Source of the DNA: Bispira polyomma
Lineage: Eukaryota
NCBI GenBank assembly: GCA_965649765.1
Contig: OZ287748.1
Location: forward strand, 34,782,001 to 34,846,000
Reading direction: 5' to 3'
DNA: 64,000 nucleotides
This document shows, piece by piece, positions 1 through 11,700 of this stretch (the first letter of the stretch is position 1; every line of letters begins with the position of its first letter). Below the pieces are notes generated by a model. That model was not told the origin of the DNA. It saw only the letters and a program-made list of their open reading frames with translations, and made no database searches. Position numbers and translations under genes: made by a program.

Positions 1-1060
1 AGTTTTGAGGCATTGCACAGGTGACCATCCATGCTGTTATAGCATTCTTAGAATACCTAGTTCAGAATCAGTTATCACCTGGGGCCATAAAGAATTATAT
101 GGCTGCATTGAGATTTTCTGCCCAAAAGTTTAACTGGGACTTATCTCCTTTCATTCATAATACTGTGTCTCTGTTCTTGAGGAGTTTATCTCACAATTCA
201 AACTTTAGGCCTAAACCTGAAGGCATTTTCACTATTCATCAAATTTTGCAGATCTCAGCGACATGCGAGATCCTAGATGGTCCTATGCTCTACAGAGCTA
301 TTTTCCTGGTGGCATTTTTTGGATTTCTTAGACTATCCAACATGGCACCTCATTCTAGGACTGCTTTTGATGCATCCAGGCACTTTCTTAGAAAAGATGT
401 AATTTTTGGCCACCCAGGAGCACATATCATCATGAAATGGGCTAAAAGCCTACAAAATAGAACAGATACACATATTATACAAATCCCAGTCTTGAAGAAC
501 AAATTAATTTGCCCAGTTAATGCACTTAAAGCACTGTTGAATTCCAGAGTATTGAACAATAAATACCCTTTATTTGCAGAAGCGAAAATGCCTCATTCAA
601 CAGTGGTTGATTCCCATGTTAGGACGGCCTTGCAAAAGGTTCTTTCCAACATAGGCTTACAATATAGTTCTCACGGATTTCATACATTTAGAAGGTCAGG
701 AGCTACTTTTGCCTTTAATAACAACGTATCTTTACAAAATATTATGTCTCATGGACTTTGGAGATCTTCTGCAGTTTGGGCTTATTTACAAAAAAATTCT
801 CAGGCTGCCTCTGTGGTACCTCTCACTTTTGCAGCTGCAATTCCCCCTACTTTTTTGTTTGGCTTGGGGCTCAAAATTTTTTTACTCAGGTTTTAAAATT
901 TTTAGCTCTTGTATACTATATTAAGCTCAATTGTAAAATATACATACTAACATGTAAATAATAAATGCTCAAACGAAATCTTTTACTACCTTCTTTATCA
1001 CAACTAATAGATCTTGACCCTAACAACTTACAACTTGACCTTTGGATCCATGACCTCCCA
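1..1060 (+). mobile_element. E1: 3' end of a DIRS-order YR retrotransposon (YR ORF plus B-type terminal sequence); extends beyond window start
   Basis: YR ORF homologous to those of E2-E4; AT-rich tail with AATAAA at 960-965; tail homologous to 35530-35735. Right boundary approximate. Confidence 0.85.
21..896 (+). CDS. Tyrosine recombinase of E1 (N-terminus probably outside window)
   Basis: Catalytic R (FLRLSN), K (KWAK), HxxR (HTFRRSGAT), H (SHGLW) and Y (VWAY); colinear with 59997-61055. Confidence 0.92.
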   Translation: MTIHAVIAFLEYLVQNQLSPGAIKNYMAALRFSAQKFNWDLSPFIHNTVSLFLRSLSHNSNFRPKPEGIFTIHQILQISATCEILDGPMLYRAIFLVAFFGFLRLSNMAPHSRTAFDASRHFLRKDVIFGHPGAHIIMKWAKSLQNRTDTHIIQIPVLKNKLICPVNALKALLNSRVLNNKYPLFAEAKMPHSTVVDSHVRTALQKVLSNIGLQYSSHGFHTFRRSGATFAFNNNVSLQNIMSHGLWRSSAVWAYLQKNSQAASVVPLTFAAAIPPTFLFGLGLKIFLLRF

Positions 1061-1194
1061 TGCTATGAATTGAATTACACCAGTTGGGGACTGATAACAG
1101 ATTTTTTGGATCCTTGTGTTTGTGTTGAATCGTCAGCATACTGACAAATAATTGATTTGTGTGTTCTAAATAATTTGAAGTTGAGGCATCTTCT

Positions 1195-2890
1195 GTCAGT
1201 ATCTGTACTGAAACATGATTATAAGCTTTTGCAAAATTTTCCAAACCTATCTGTATCAACTCAGTTTTCTATCTCAACACACATCTGTTTTTTTCTATCA
1301 GATGTACTTTTGGATCATGATTGGAATGTGTGCCACAATACATGGACATCGATTGTGGTGCTATAGAAGTTTAACTTAAAATTTAAACAATGGTCCAACC
1401 ACAAATGTTTATGATGTAAAATATTTTAAAAACATAAATTGGGTACCAAAATGGGCCCCGGAGGCATATTCTTTTTTACATAAACATGTACCTTTAAAAA
1501 GGCTCTTAAGTTTATTATTTTAAGTCAGGCTTTCACAAGGACGAGAACAATTTTTGTGATCTCAAAGTGGTACATTTGAAAGGTTATTTTAAAATAGGAA
1601 ACCTATCTGGCACATACATTTACCGAATATAAATACAATCCATCAAGTCCATTTCTACAGCGATGGGTGCAGCTCAACAAGGGCAAATCCAATACATCCA
1701 TGACTTTCAACTTAAGTTTAATAACTGGACCCCTTACAATATTGCATTAAAATACCATTGTGCCAATGCTTCCAATTTTACTATATATAAAAAATCTAAA
1801 TCAACTGTAATTGTACTGTAAAATATCTTTTTAACAACATTAAAAAATATCTAATATTTTTTTTTTTTTTTTAATTTGGATATTTAACGTACACTCTAGT
1901 ACCTGTTTTTAGGTTATATTGGGACGGGTAGTTGGAAACGCTGGAGGAAACACTGCATACAGTTGATCAAGGTTCTGCACTGAAACCAGCAGCCCATAGT
2001 AAGGAACTAGCACCTTTCCCACATACGCCTTGACAGGATTCAAACTCACGCCACCAAGAGGTGAGAGACCAGTGATTGTGAAGCGCAATGCTTGCTAACC
2101 ACTAGGCCACCGCGGCCCCAGAAAATATCTAATAATTGACATACTCAACCAGTGCTTTTTTTCTGAAACCACTCTTTCTTGAGCAATCTGACAGGTGTCT
2201 GAGAACCAATATTTGTTTTTGTAAATCAAACAGCAGTAAATTGCCAACTTTTACTATACATTACTTTGCATTCCTCTGTTGATTTATTTACCTCATTATG
2301 AAAAATCACCTATCTTCAAACTGGCATTGGCATCTACAACAACTGCAGATGAAAAGATTAAAAAAAACTCACCTGGTAGGTTCGTGGGTTTTATCGAATT
2401 TCAGTTTTGATTTTTTGCTAATGGCTGTACACTTCCTATATCTCTAAAATCGGTTATTACATAATTTATATTTTTAAAATTTTTTTTCTTTTCTGTCATT
2501 AAATATGTACGCCTAGCATATTGGCTTCTGCACTAGCTACGCCCGTGGTAAGAGGCGACTGTTTAAACAGGTTTGCATTAGTAATACATTATTTACTTGC
2601 TATCTCAAACTACTTGCCCCTTACATATGAAAGGTAACCCAACATTCTAAGTGAAAATACGCAAAAGTGCTGTCTATGTGATCACGGTCCTTGTCCCCAC
2701 ATCATCTCTGGTAGCCCAATCCTCAATAAAAATGCCACTCTAAAGGGATAATACTAGCACACAAACTATATACTTAAGTATTGTCACCTTGTAATATTTA
2801 TTTCATTAGGGCATATATCACCCACTTTACCGGTTGAATATGTCACTGGATCAAGCAGTTGTGATAAAAAATCAAGGCTTCTAGAGACAT
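1195..2890. repeat. Diverged dispersed duplication, copy 1 (copy 2 at ~16295-18055)
   Basis: Colinear shared blocks, e.g. ggacatcgattgtggtgctatag, gtaccaaaatgg, ttcttgagcaatctg, gagaaccaatatttgtttttgtaaatcaaacagcagta, acaactgcagatgaaaagatt. Similarity fades after ~2470. Confidence 0.85.
1857..2119 (-). mobile_element. tRNA-derived SINE with V-domain-like body, poly(A) tail and 13-bp target-site duplication
   Basis: Minus strand starts GGGGCCGCGGTGGCCTAGTGG (A box), GTTTGAATCC (B box); poly-T 1857-1872; TSD aaaatatctaata at 1844-1856 and 2122-2134; same family as 47033-47294. V-domain assignment is from memory. Confidence 0.9.
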
Positions 2891-5240
2891 TGCCAAGACA
2901 TTGCCAAGGCCAATGGGGTCTATGGTGATGGCTGAATACAAGTAGGGAGGCTTGCTAAGCTACAATATATTTTGAATGTATTGTCCTGAATTACAATGAC
3001 ATAGCAATTATGAGGTGCTACGTAATGGCTCATTGGACTTTATGTACTCACTTAATAGAGGGCAATCCTCTGCTAATGTACATTTTATACAAATATATTC
3101 CAACTCTAACATAAGCATACTTCACAGAAAGGTTAGACAATTATTTATCATGGAGGATAGTGTTTAAGAGTGCTATACTTAAACAGAGTATTATCCGTGG
3201 TGATTCACAGTAAACAGATAAAAAAGATACAAAATGCCACACTGAATAAAATAAATCACTTTACAGTAAGATTTTGCAAGCAAGCAACATTGAAGCCAAG
3301 CGTTATGTCAGTCCTTTGTACAGTTTACAGATGTGCCATTTCTGATTAGACTAGAATGCTTGGGTGTTCATTTCAATTCTTGAAAGAATGTCAGTTGTAT
3401 TTATGACCAATAATGCTGGCATTTCTCCACTTGTCTTGAGCAACGTCTTATCTGATGATGGCTGTTTGATGTTCTACAAACACAGTAATTCAGGTTAGTG
3501 TGGGAATATGAATGGTTATGAGAGCTATATAAAATTGATTGTAAAAAGGTAAATGTCTTAGACTCCATTTAACAATGTGAGAAATAATTATGAGTTTGTA
3601 TTTATATCAGCAAAACTGGTCATTCAGTTTATCTTAACATTCTGTAATCAAAACAAGGGAGGTTGCAGCTTTTCTTTCTTTTTTCTGTACTAGTACAAAT
3701 AGGTCTGTGATATATAAGATTCTAAATATAGTATCATTTGATGAAGCAACCCTTCGATGAAAGGAAAACTACCTTGAGGTGGTGTAGTTGTATAAATAAA
3801 CTTCAGTTGTAAATAGAAGAAAGGGTTTGATATCAGGCTCAAACAATAATAATCCATTACCTTTCTTCTAGTAAATGAGTTTCATGTACAGCTTACACAA
3901 TGTCTATAGGGACAAGAAAGTCTTTGTTATATTATTGCTTTTTGTCCTGTGGCATTTTTAGAGACTACATTTTTCAGAGACTAAGTGTATTCAAGCTAAT
4001 GTTTAAAGAAATTGCCTAGGTTCAAATAAATGTGACTCCATATTATTGTAATGGGGGATATTCTTCCTAACATCTGCTTTTGCTTCTTTTGTCTTTTTGT
4101 CAATCTCAATTTCTTGGGTGTATGAAAATACCCCTGTGGAAATGGGAATTCAATGGAAGCGGTGGGTTGGGAGACATATTAATATCTATAAAAGTTAAAA
4201 CTAGGATAACTTCCATTGGAACAAACTAAATTTTTTTTTTTAAATTTGCCACTGTTGCGCCTTGTCGGAGGCATGCACTTTACCGAGTGTCCATATACTT
4301 GTCAGTATATTTTTTGGGACAACTTTCATTTTGTTCCAAGAACTGTTGTGGCCTTGTAACATAATGAAATGGGAATAAATGCGTACCCAGTTAAAAACAT
4401 TATCAACACTAACATTGCCTAGACAGTGAATCTCCTATGGCATTTGCCTTAAATTTGACCTTGTGAATGCCCAAGCGAAGACTGTAAGGTCGGAGATATT
4501 AGTTTTATGCTATATTATTTTGTACTCTATATATACAGACTAACTAAAATATAAATATAAGGACCATCATAAGTTGTAAGATAACATTAACTTTAATAAT
4601 CTATTTTAATGTAAGCTGCCGCAAGATAAGGTGACACTAATTTAGCGGTGGTTTTGATTTTAAGTTATGCTTATATGTTAAAGCTTTTTGTAATGCCTTA
4701 CCTGATGGTGCTCTAAATCTAGATTACCAGAAGGTGTATGTAAGGCCATCATCTATCACAGTAAATGGAAGACTCTTTTTTTTTACATGTCTTTATACGT
4801 CATTCGCCTGGTGTCTTAGTACAGACCTTAAAAGTAGAGAGGGTAATTGACTAGGCTGTAATCGGCCAATTCTGCATTGCCCTCTTTGTTTACGTAGACA
4901 ATGGTAATCCGTTAAATGTCAGGAGCCCCAAATTAGCTACATAATTATCCACACAGATGTTTAATTAGAAGGCTAATTTACCCACTGGTCGGCTGATAAT
5001 CAAAGACTTATACAATGCTGGGAGTAACGCAGATTTTAGTCAGGTGTATCATAAAAGTATACATGGTAAAGTAGAAGTAATAAAAGTAATCTTCAAAGAA
5101 ACTGAAGGTCAAATGAAAGTCCTTGTACATGGAATACATATTTGTTTGATAACTGTTGCTTTGCAGCTGTAGATTTAAATATGCAGTTAGTGCAAGGTAA
5201 CACCCTCAGAGTTAGCCTGGTAAGCCCTGATTTAGCAAAT

Positions 5241-5562
5241 GTAAATGTGTACGTTTATAGTGTTATATCACCTCTATTGAGGTCTCAGCCGACTTTACAG
5301 TTAACATCCCCAGCCTGGGTTCTTCCACTTGTGAACCAATTGTTCAGCCTCAGCTCCTTCAGGAAGCATACTAGCCATGCTGCCACATGCGGTGCGCAAT
5401 AACTAACACCCATTAATGGCCAGGTACCCATTTATACACCTGGGGACAACTTTGTGTAAAGCACCTTGTCCAAGAGTGCAATTTTTAGGCCTGCAGCGAG
5501 GATCGAACCGGGGCTCTGAGATCTCAAGTCTGACACTCTAACTACCAGGCTACAGAGACCTC
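5241..5562 (-). mobile_element. tRNA-derived CORE-like SINE
   Basis: Minus strand: TAGCCTGGTAG A box, GGTTCGATCC B box, then cttggacaaggtgctttac...ccaggtgtataaatgggtacc resembling the CORE domain. Confidence 0.75.
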
Positions 5563-6257
5563 TTATGTAAGGAAACTCATGTTCACGACACGACAAAGAA
5601 CAAGGGTTGTTACCATAAATAAAGTCAACAAATCTAACACAACACCTATAACAAAAGAAATCATCTTTCTATCTACTCTGGTGTTATATATTGAATAATA
5701 CAATAGCTGTACACCATATTATAACTTATGGCCAACCTGAAAGTATCTGAAGAATTATATTTCTCTATTTGTAAACATTGATTTATTTTTCTCCATTAAA
5801 GAGAACATAATGAACTGCCAGATTTGCCAGAGATTTGCTTATGGCCATGTTTAAGCTAAGTGTATGCCATCAGAATAACTCATAGCTTTAAATAACCTCA
5901 ATCTGTAACCACATCATTTGAATTATTCAGCAGAAAAATGTAACTTATTATAACTTAAAAGTCACGTGGGTCACATGTTTTCCCATGATTGTATATATTA
6001 CGTGATGTGAGTAAAGCAATTGCTTCGCACAGATGTTAGCAGGGCAACCTGGCAATGATTGGTGTGATGAGGAATGGTAACAATGTTGTACCATGTATGG
6101 CACAATAGGCCCTTATACCTTATGACACTTATAATTGTGCTGTACATAGTTACTTACTGGTCCAAAGTAATCTTTTATCTTATTATATTCTAAGTCTAAT
6201 GTTATTCTAAGTCAATGTTTTGACATTCTAGTCACACCCATAACAAAAATATAAAAT

Positions 6258-7650
6258 TTTTCTCTTTGGAATGGTGTTTTTTCCACCTGTTTCAAGACGG
6301 CAAATGTAACTCCCTTGATTCAAAAACAAGGGCTTGATCAAATCCAGCTCAAAAACTACGGACCGGTATCAAACCATAGCTTCGTCTCAAAAGTTATCGA
6401 GAAAGCTGTAGCTCAACAAATTTCTGACCACCTTAATAGACAAAACATTGAAAATCGCCACCAGTCTGCCTATAGAAAATTTCTACAGAAAGTGCCCTTT
6501 TTCCATCAGCAATGATATCAATCTTGCACTTCTGGATCTCTCAGCTACATTCAACACTATTGATCATGTCCTGCTCTGTGACACTCTCAAGCAGTGGTTC
6601 GGTATAAATGGCATTGTCCTTAAATGGATCAGATCCTACCTCACTCTTTGGGCACAAAGAATTAAATTAGATGATCACCTATCATCTTTCATAAAGCTAC
6701 CATATGGAGTACCCCAGGGATCCGTCCTTGGCCCTCTACTTTTCACCCTTTATACACATCCTCTCAGCACTGTCATCAATAGACAGAGTATAAAACACCA
6801 CATGTATGCAGATGACACTCAAGTCTATCTGTCTCTCAATCGACAAAATACAAATACTAACATAGACCTACTTGCAGACTGTCTGTCTGATGTCCAGGCG
6901 TGGATGCACTCCTCCAAACTAAAAGTTAACCCTGACAAAACAGAATTTATCCTCATAGGAAACAAGAAAAATAGTGAACTTCAAAAATCTTTGTGTTTCC
7001 CATCTCCCTGCTGGGAAAATGTCACTTTCGATTCAGCTTTTTCGTTTGATACTCATATTGCTAACATCTGTCTCTCCTGCTATTACCACATATGCGACAT
7101 CAAAAGAATCAGAAGCCACTTGTCCATGGACACAGCGATAACTGTGGCAAATGCCCTTGTGAGTAGCCGCCTTGACTACTGCAATTCTCTCTTGTACGGA
7201 GGAAACAAGTCACACATTAAAAAGCTCCAGTCCATCCAAAACAACCTATGTAGGGTCATTTTTCGCCTGGGTTGTTGCACAGACGTCATTCCGTACCTCA
7301 AAAAATTACACTGGCTGCCCATTAAATCTCTCATTTTGTTTAAGATTCAAGTTACTACTTTTACGGCTGTAGTCACTCAACAGCCCCCTACCTTGCCTCC
7401 CTTCTTTCCTTCAGTGACCACAAGAACGGCAACAGACTCTCTGTCACTTCGGTCAGACCAATCAGAAAAGCAGGATTCAGAGCATTCTCCACTGCAGCTC
7501 CAGGCTTATGGAACAGACTCCCAGACGACCTCAGATCAGTTGACACACTTATCGGTTTTAGGAAAAAGCTTAAAACCTATCTTTTTAATCTTGCCTACCC
7601 ACCTTAGCTTCCCTCGTGCACGCTCCCACTTCATTCCTTACGACTTTAAT
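6258..7650 (+). mobile_element. 5'-truncated, frameshifted L2/CR1-group LINE ORF2 (reverse transcriptase)
   Basis: NYGPVSN..VSKVIEK, LLDLSATFNTIDH, GVPQGSVLGPLLF, YADDTQ, SRLDYCNSLL, LHWLPI across ORFs 6315-6515 and 6448-7659; frameshifts near 6480 and 7390. Confidence 0.93.
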
Positions 7651-8149
7651 TATGTATGAGCGTTATGATATATATGCAAGGAACAATTGGAATAATGGCA
7701 GTATTGTCCACTGGTAATTTTATAGTTGAGTATGGAATATAATATGGGAGGGAGCCACAGGGGTGGGGGTGTAGATTCATTTCTCATGCCATTTTCTTTC
7801 CTGTCTGTAAGCATCACGAAAAGGAAATAACCCACTTCCTTGAACTGTTGTATACATCACATTTGAAAATAAATAAATGGTGTTATCACTTCCTAATTGT
7901 ACCCGTATCATAAACAAATCATGTACAATTCATAAAATACTGCACTTATCTGAAGCTTGTACTTTAAAACTGAGGGTTAGAATAGTGTGTTAATAAAGTG
8001 CCATGTTTGTTTTTTCTTATTTTAGCAAATATGTGCATATGATTAAGGGACATGTTATTAAATCATTGTGTCATACTTTCACAGTCGCTTTTGAAATATG
8101 TGATATGATCTATATGGTCGGAAGGTAAATAAAATGCGGTTGTTACATT

Positions 8150-9160
8150 GAGGTGAGAATTCTTATGCAGTTTGAGATAATTTTGTAAATAAAAATTTTC
8201 TATATACACCTTTACACAAAATTTTAAAATAAAATCTTTTCAAATTTTGTAGTTTTAGGGGTATGTGAGGCATGGCTCAGTTGCGACTCCAGGAACAGAC
8301 TGCTCTTTACAGCATGGACTACTTCCTGTAAAAGCAAGATCAACTCGATTTAAAATGATCATTGTCTGTATGCATGTTCTCATTAAATCATGGTTATTGT
8401 ATGTACTAAGGGTGTAAGGTTAACTTTGTGCTACTCTGGGACTCTAATTAAGAGCAGCTTTTAATATTTTAGCTAGTCACCATGATTTTAATCTTCGATT
8501 TTACCTTTTTTGGGGTCTTTATTTACATTTTATTTACATATTTTACAGTATTAATATATATTTAAATGTTAAACATAAATCTTTTGGGCCACCGTACCAC
8601 CTCATTTCATCTCAAATCATTTTACATACATTTAATATATCTCCTTTGGCAGCCTTAAAGCAAACCTAAGGTTACCTCCTAATTCAAAACTTAAATTCTA
8701 TTTCACCTAACCCTAAATTTAGGTTAGGAATAACCTTAAACTAATTTCTAAACTAAATCTTAGGTAACCCTAACTTCAAGTTAGGGTTACCCTAAACTCA
8801 ACCCTAGGTACCCTCACCTCAAGGTAGGGCTACCATAAACTCAAATTCCTTTTTCACCTTAACCCGAAAACTCAGGCTAAGGTCACCTTAACCTTTCAAA
8901 TTCTTATCTCCTGGTGCTACGGTGGCCCTCAATTCAAGTGTGTAAATTACTTAGATATAACATAGAAGCATTAAACTAATTTCCCCAACTCTGCCTTGTT
9001 TACTCACCTGTGTTGTTCACCATATCAACTTATTCAGGGTGGGGCACTGTGACCTTCAGGTAAGAATTGAGATACAGTTTGGGATAATTTTATTTTACAA
9101 ATAAAATATTTCTTTATACACCTTCACACAAAATTTTCAAATTAAAATTGTTTAAATTGC
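8150..9160 (+). mobile_element. Orphan terminal module, probably of an E3-like YR retrotransposon; bounded by ~100-bp direct repeats
   Basis: Direct repeats ~8150-8245 and ~9057-9160; inverted repeat 8586-8601/8913-8928 enclosing hairpins; sequence after the stem resembles the E3 3' tail. Confidence 0.5.
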
Positions 9161-10169
9161 TAAATTAAAAGTTTAAAGAGATGATAGCAGCAAAGGTGGT
9201 AAGAATCTTTGAAGCTGTATGAGATGTAGCTTAAAGGTAAGACCAGACTGCATCAAATTTCAAACAACCATGTTTTTCGTATGTTCACAGTCACAACAGC
9301 TACAAGTTTAAGGTTTTGATCGAACAGACACGGTGCTGATATTAAATGTTGTTACAATAGAAAAGTTTTGTCACTTTCCGAGGAGTACTTTTAATGATTA
9401 AATGTCAAGCTACTGCTAATGCAAAGCATCATAGAATTGTTAGAGAAACATACATTCTTGTTGTATTTAAAATTGGATTTGATATTTTGAATAGCTAGTA
9501 TTTATCTACAGAATTAATTGTAGTCACTAGAATCTAAATGAACTCACTTTAAATGGACCCATATAGAGAACACAGATATGGTTTCTACTGTCTGTCACTG
9601 TCATACTTAATATAATGTCTCTATCTTAAAATGGCTGATGCAAATAAGTTATAATTTTACTGTAACAAAATTCAAGAAGTGACCTATTTTTTTGGCTAAT
9701 GTAACTAACATGGGATATACATTGCTTTCTGTTATCGGCATTTTTAATAAACTGAATCTCTGTGTTACACAAAATTTTACTCTCAAAAATATCAACTAGT
9801 GTGACCTATTTTTTGGCTAATGTAACTTAATTGGCAGACAGAATGGGGGAAAGATTTCTTCCTTCAAAATTAATAGCTAAAAGCATTTCTGGTTGTACAG
9901 TACTAGGATAACAAATATGGCAAAGCTGCAACATAGCCAAAATGCACTCTGTTGTATAGTATGATATTTGGATTGCAAAACTCATTGTGCTACCTCCAAA
10001 AATAGTTTTAAAAATTTACCCAATAAAATTTGCTTCCTGTGTAAATATAACCTCGCCTCTTCTATGTCACCTTGTCACTTTAATAAATCAATCATCTTAT
10101 TTGTCTTCCCTAGCGAAGTTGAGTTGTTTAAATAAAGGAAATAGACTTCACTAACGACTTTTCATCCCA

Positions 10170-10460
10170 GCAGACAAATTGAACACTGTAGCTTTCAAGT
10201 TGCTGCTCCTGTGGAATGGAACAGGTTACCACCGGCTGGCAGATCTCAGACAGAAAATATTTCTTTTAAGAATAAACTAAAAACATGTCTCTTTAGATTG
10301 GCATACCCACCACACTATCTTTTTTGTTGTCTGCTGGACGTTATCACTGGTAACAACATTTTCCTTGTATTCAGGACTGACTATCCCTTTTTGGGCAACA
10401 AGTGCTTTAGAAGGTGTATAGCAATATGGCGATATACAAACTTATCAGTAATAATAATAA
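10170..10460 (+). mobile_element. L2-like LINE 3' end fragment
   Basis: Encodes FQVAAPVEWNRLP...FKNKLKTCLF (typical L2 ORF2 C-terminus), followed by a 3' UTR ending in (TAA)n. Confidence 0.75.
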
Positions 10461-11394
10461 ATTTAACATAATACATTGTTAAAAGAAATGACGAAAAGGA
10501 CTTTATGAAAAGACATTTTTGTTTCTGTTCAACATGACAATTTTTTTTTTACAATAATCCCAGAGGCAATGTTAATTATTTTATGCACACACAAATGTGT
10601 CCTTCACACATTGGTAAATGATATGGTATTGGTCATATTATTTATTGGAAAGTTAGAAAGTCATCCATCAGAAGGATTGTGAAAGACTGCACTGTAAGCA
10701 CTACTTGTATCACCAATCTTACCTTACACGTTCACCATTGCATCAGTGGAAAGACTTTTAATAATTATTTACAAAAAGTCCATTTCATTTAGTACATTTT
10801 AAAAATTACACCTGGTATTTTCCCATTCACTTTCGGATTTTCTCATTTTTCTGGGATTTTTCCATTCCTTTCGCGACCTCCATAATTTATTATATTTTAA
10901 AGACAGTACACTAATATCTATCCTAACCTAGAAGTAATGTTAGTGAAATTAATGGAGCCAGAAAAGCAAAACAAACAATGTAGTATTTGCATTTCAATCT
11001 AATTGGCACATTCTGTTAGTTGTTTCACATGTTTCAAGCACTCTAAAGTCTCTCAATTTGTTTATGTTGGCCTCGGTTATGATTTTAAAACTGCTACTAT
11101 TGTTTGTAAGATTTTAGACTCTGGCCTGCCTAAACAGTTGTTTTGATTCATAGTAAAAATAGGTGAGAAACTAAATACAATGAATTCCTTCAAGTTTCTA
11201 TTTATAAGTTCAGGAAACACATGTCAAAAATTCATTTTGTTAAAGTGTTTGAATTCGATTTTACCAGGAGAACTCCTATCTTGCAGATTAGAAACATTTA
11301 AGTTCAATGATACATTTCCTGTATAGTCATCTCCTGGATCTTTGTTTATTCCATTTGTAATATCAGTATATAGGCACATTAATAGCTTGAGCTT

Positions 11395-11700
11395 CCGGGG
11401 TCTCCCCTTTAGCTGAACTGTGAGCGGCAGGTCCACGGATCAAAACCTGCCAGAGGTGTAACTTTCTTTCTAATATTAGATGGTCGAAATACACAAAGAT
11501 CCCCCTATTAACCAAACGAGTTGTGTGGAATTATGATGTAGTAGTATGAGACCTGAGGACATATAATAATCAGTATATGTGTGCATAAATAACTAGTGGT
11601 TCTGGTGTCTCCCCTTTAGCTCAACTGTTAAGCGTCCGCCTCATGAGGGGTAGGTCCACGGCTCAAAGCCTGCCCTAGGTTTCATTTTCTTTCTAATATC
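11395..11700 (+). repeat. Two degenerate tRNA-like units in tandem
   Basis: gtctcccctttagct..actgt...aggtccacgg.tcaaa.cctgcc...ttctttctaatat at ~11398-11477 and ~11605-11700; second unit has ctCATga in an anticodon-loop-like position. Confidence 0.6.

Noticed and set aside
21-896. Phage integrase or bacterial contamination
   Set aside because: Homologous YR ORFs sit behind gag and RT/RNase H in E2-E4, and the context (SINEs, LINEs, GPCR) is animal.
8700-8800. Interstitial telomeric repeat (ccctaa/ttaggg)
   Set aside because: The hexamers are isolated arms of inverted hairpins, not a tandem array.
11605-11690. Functional tRNA-Met gene
   Set aside because: Acceptor stem and T-loop do not form properly; treated as a tRNA-derived repeat.
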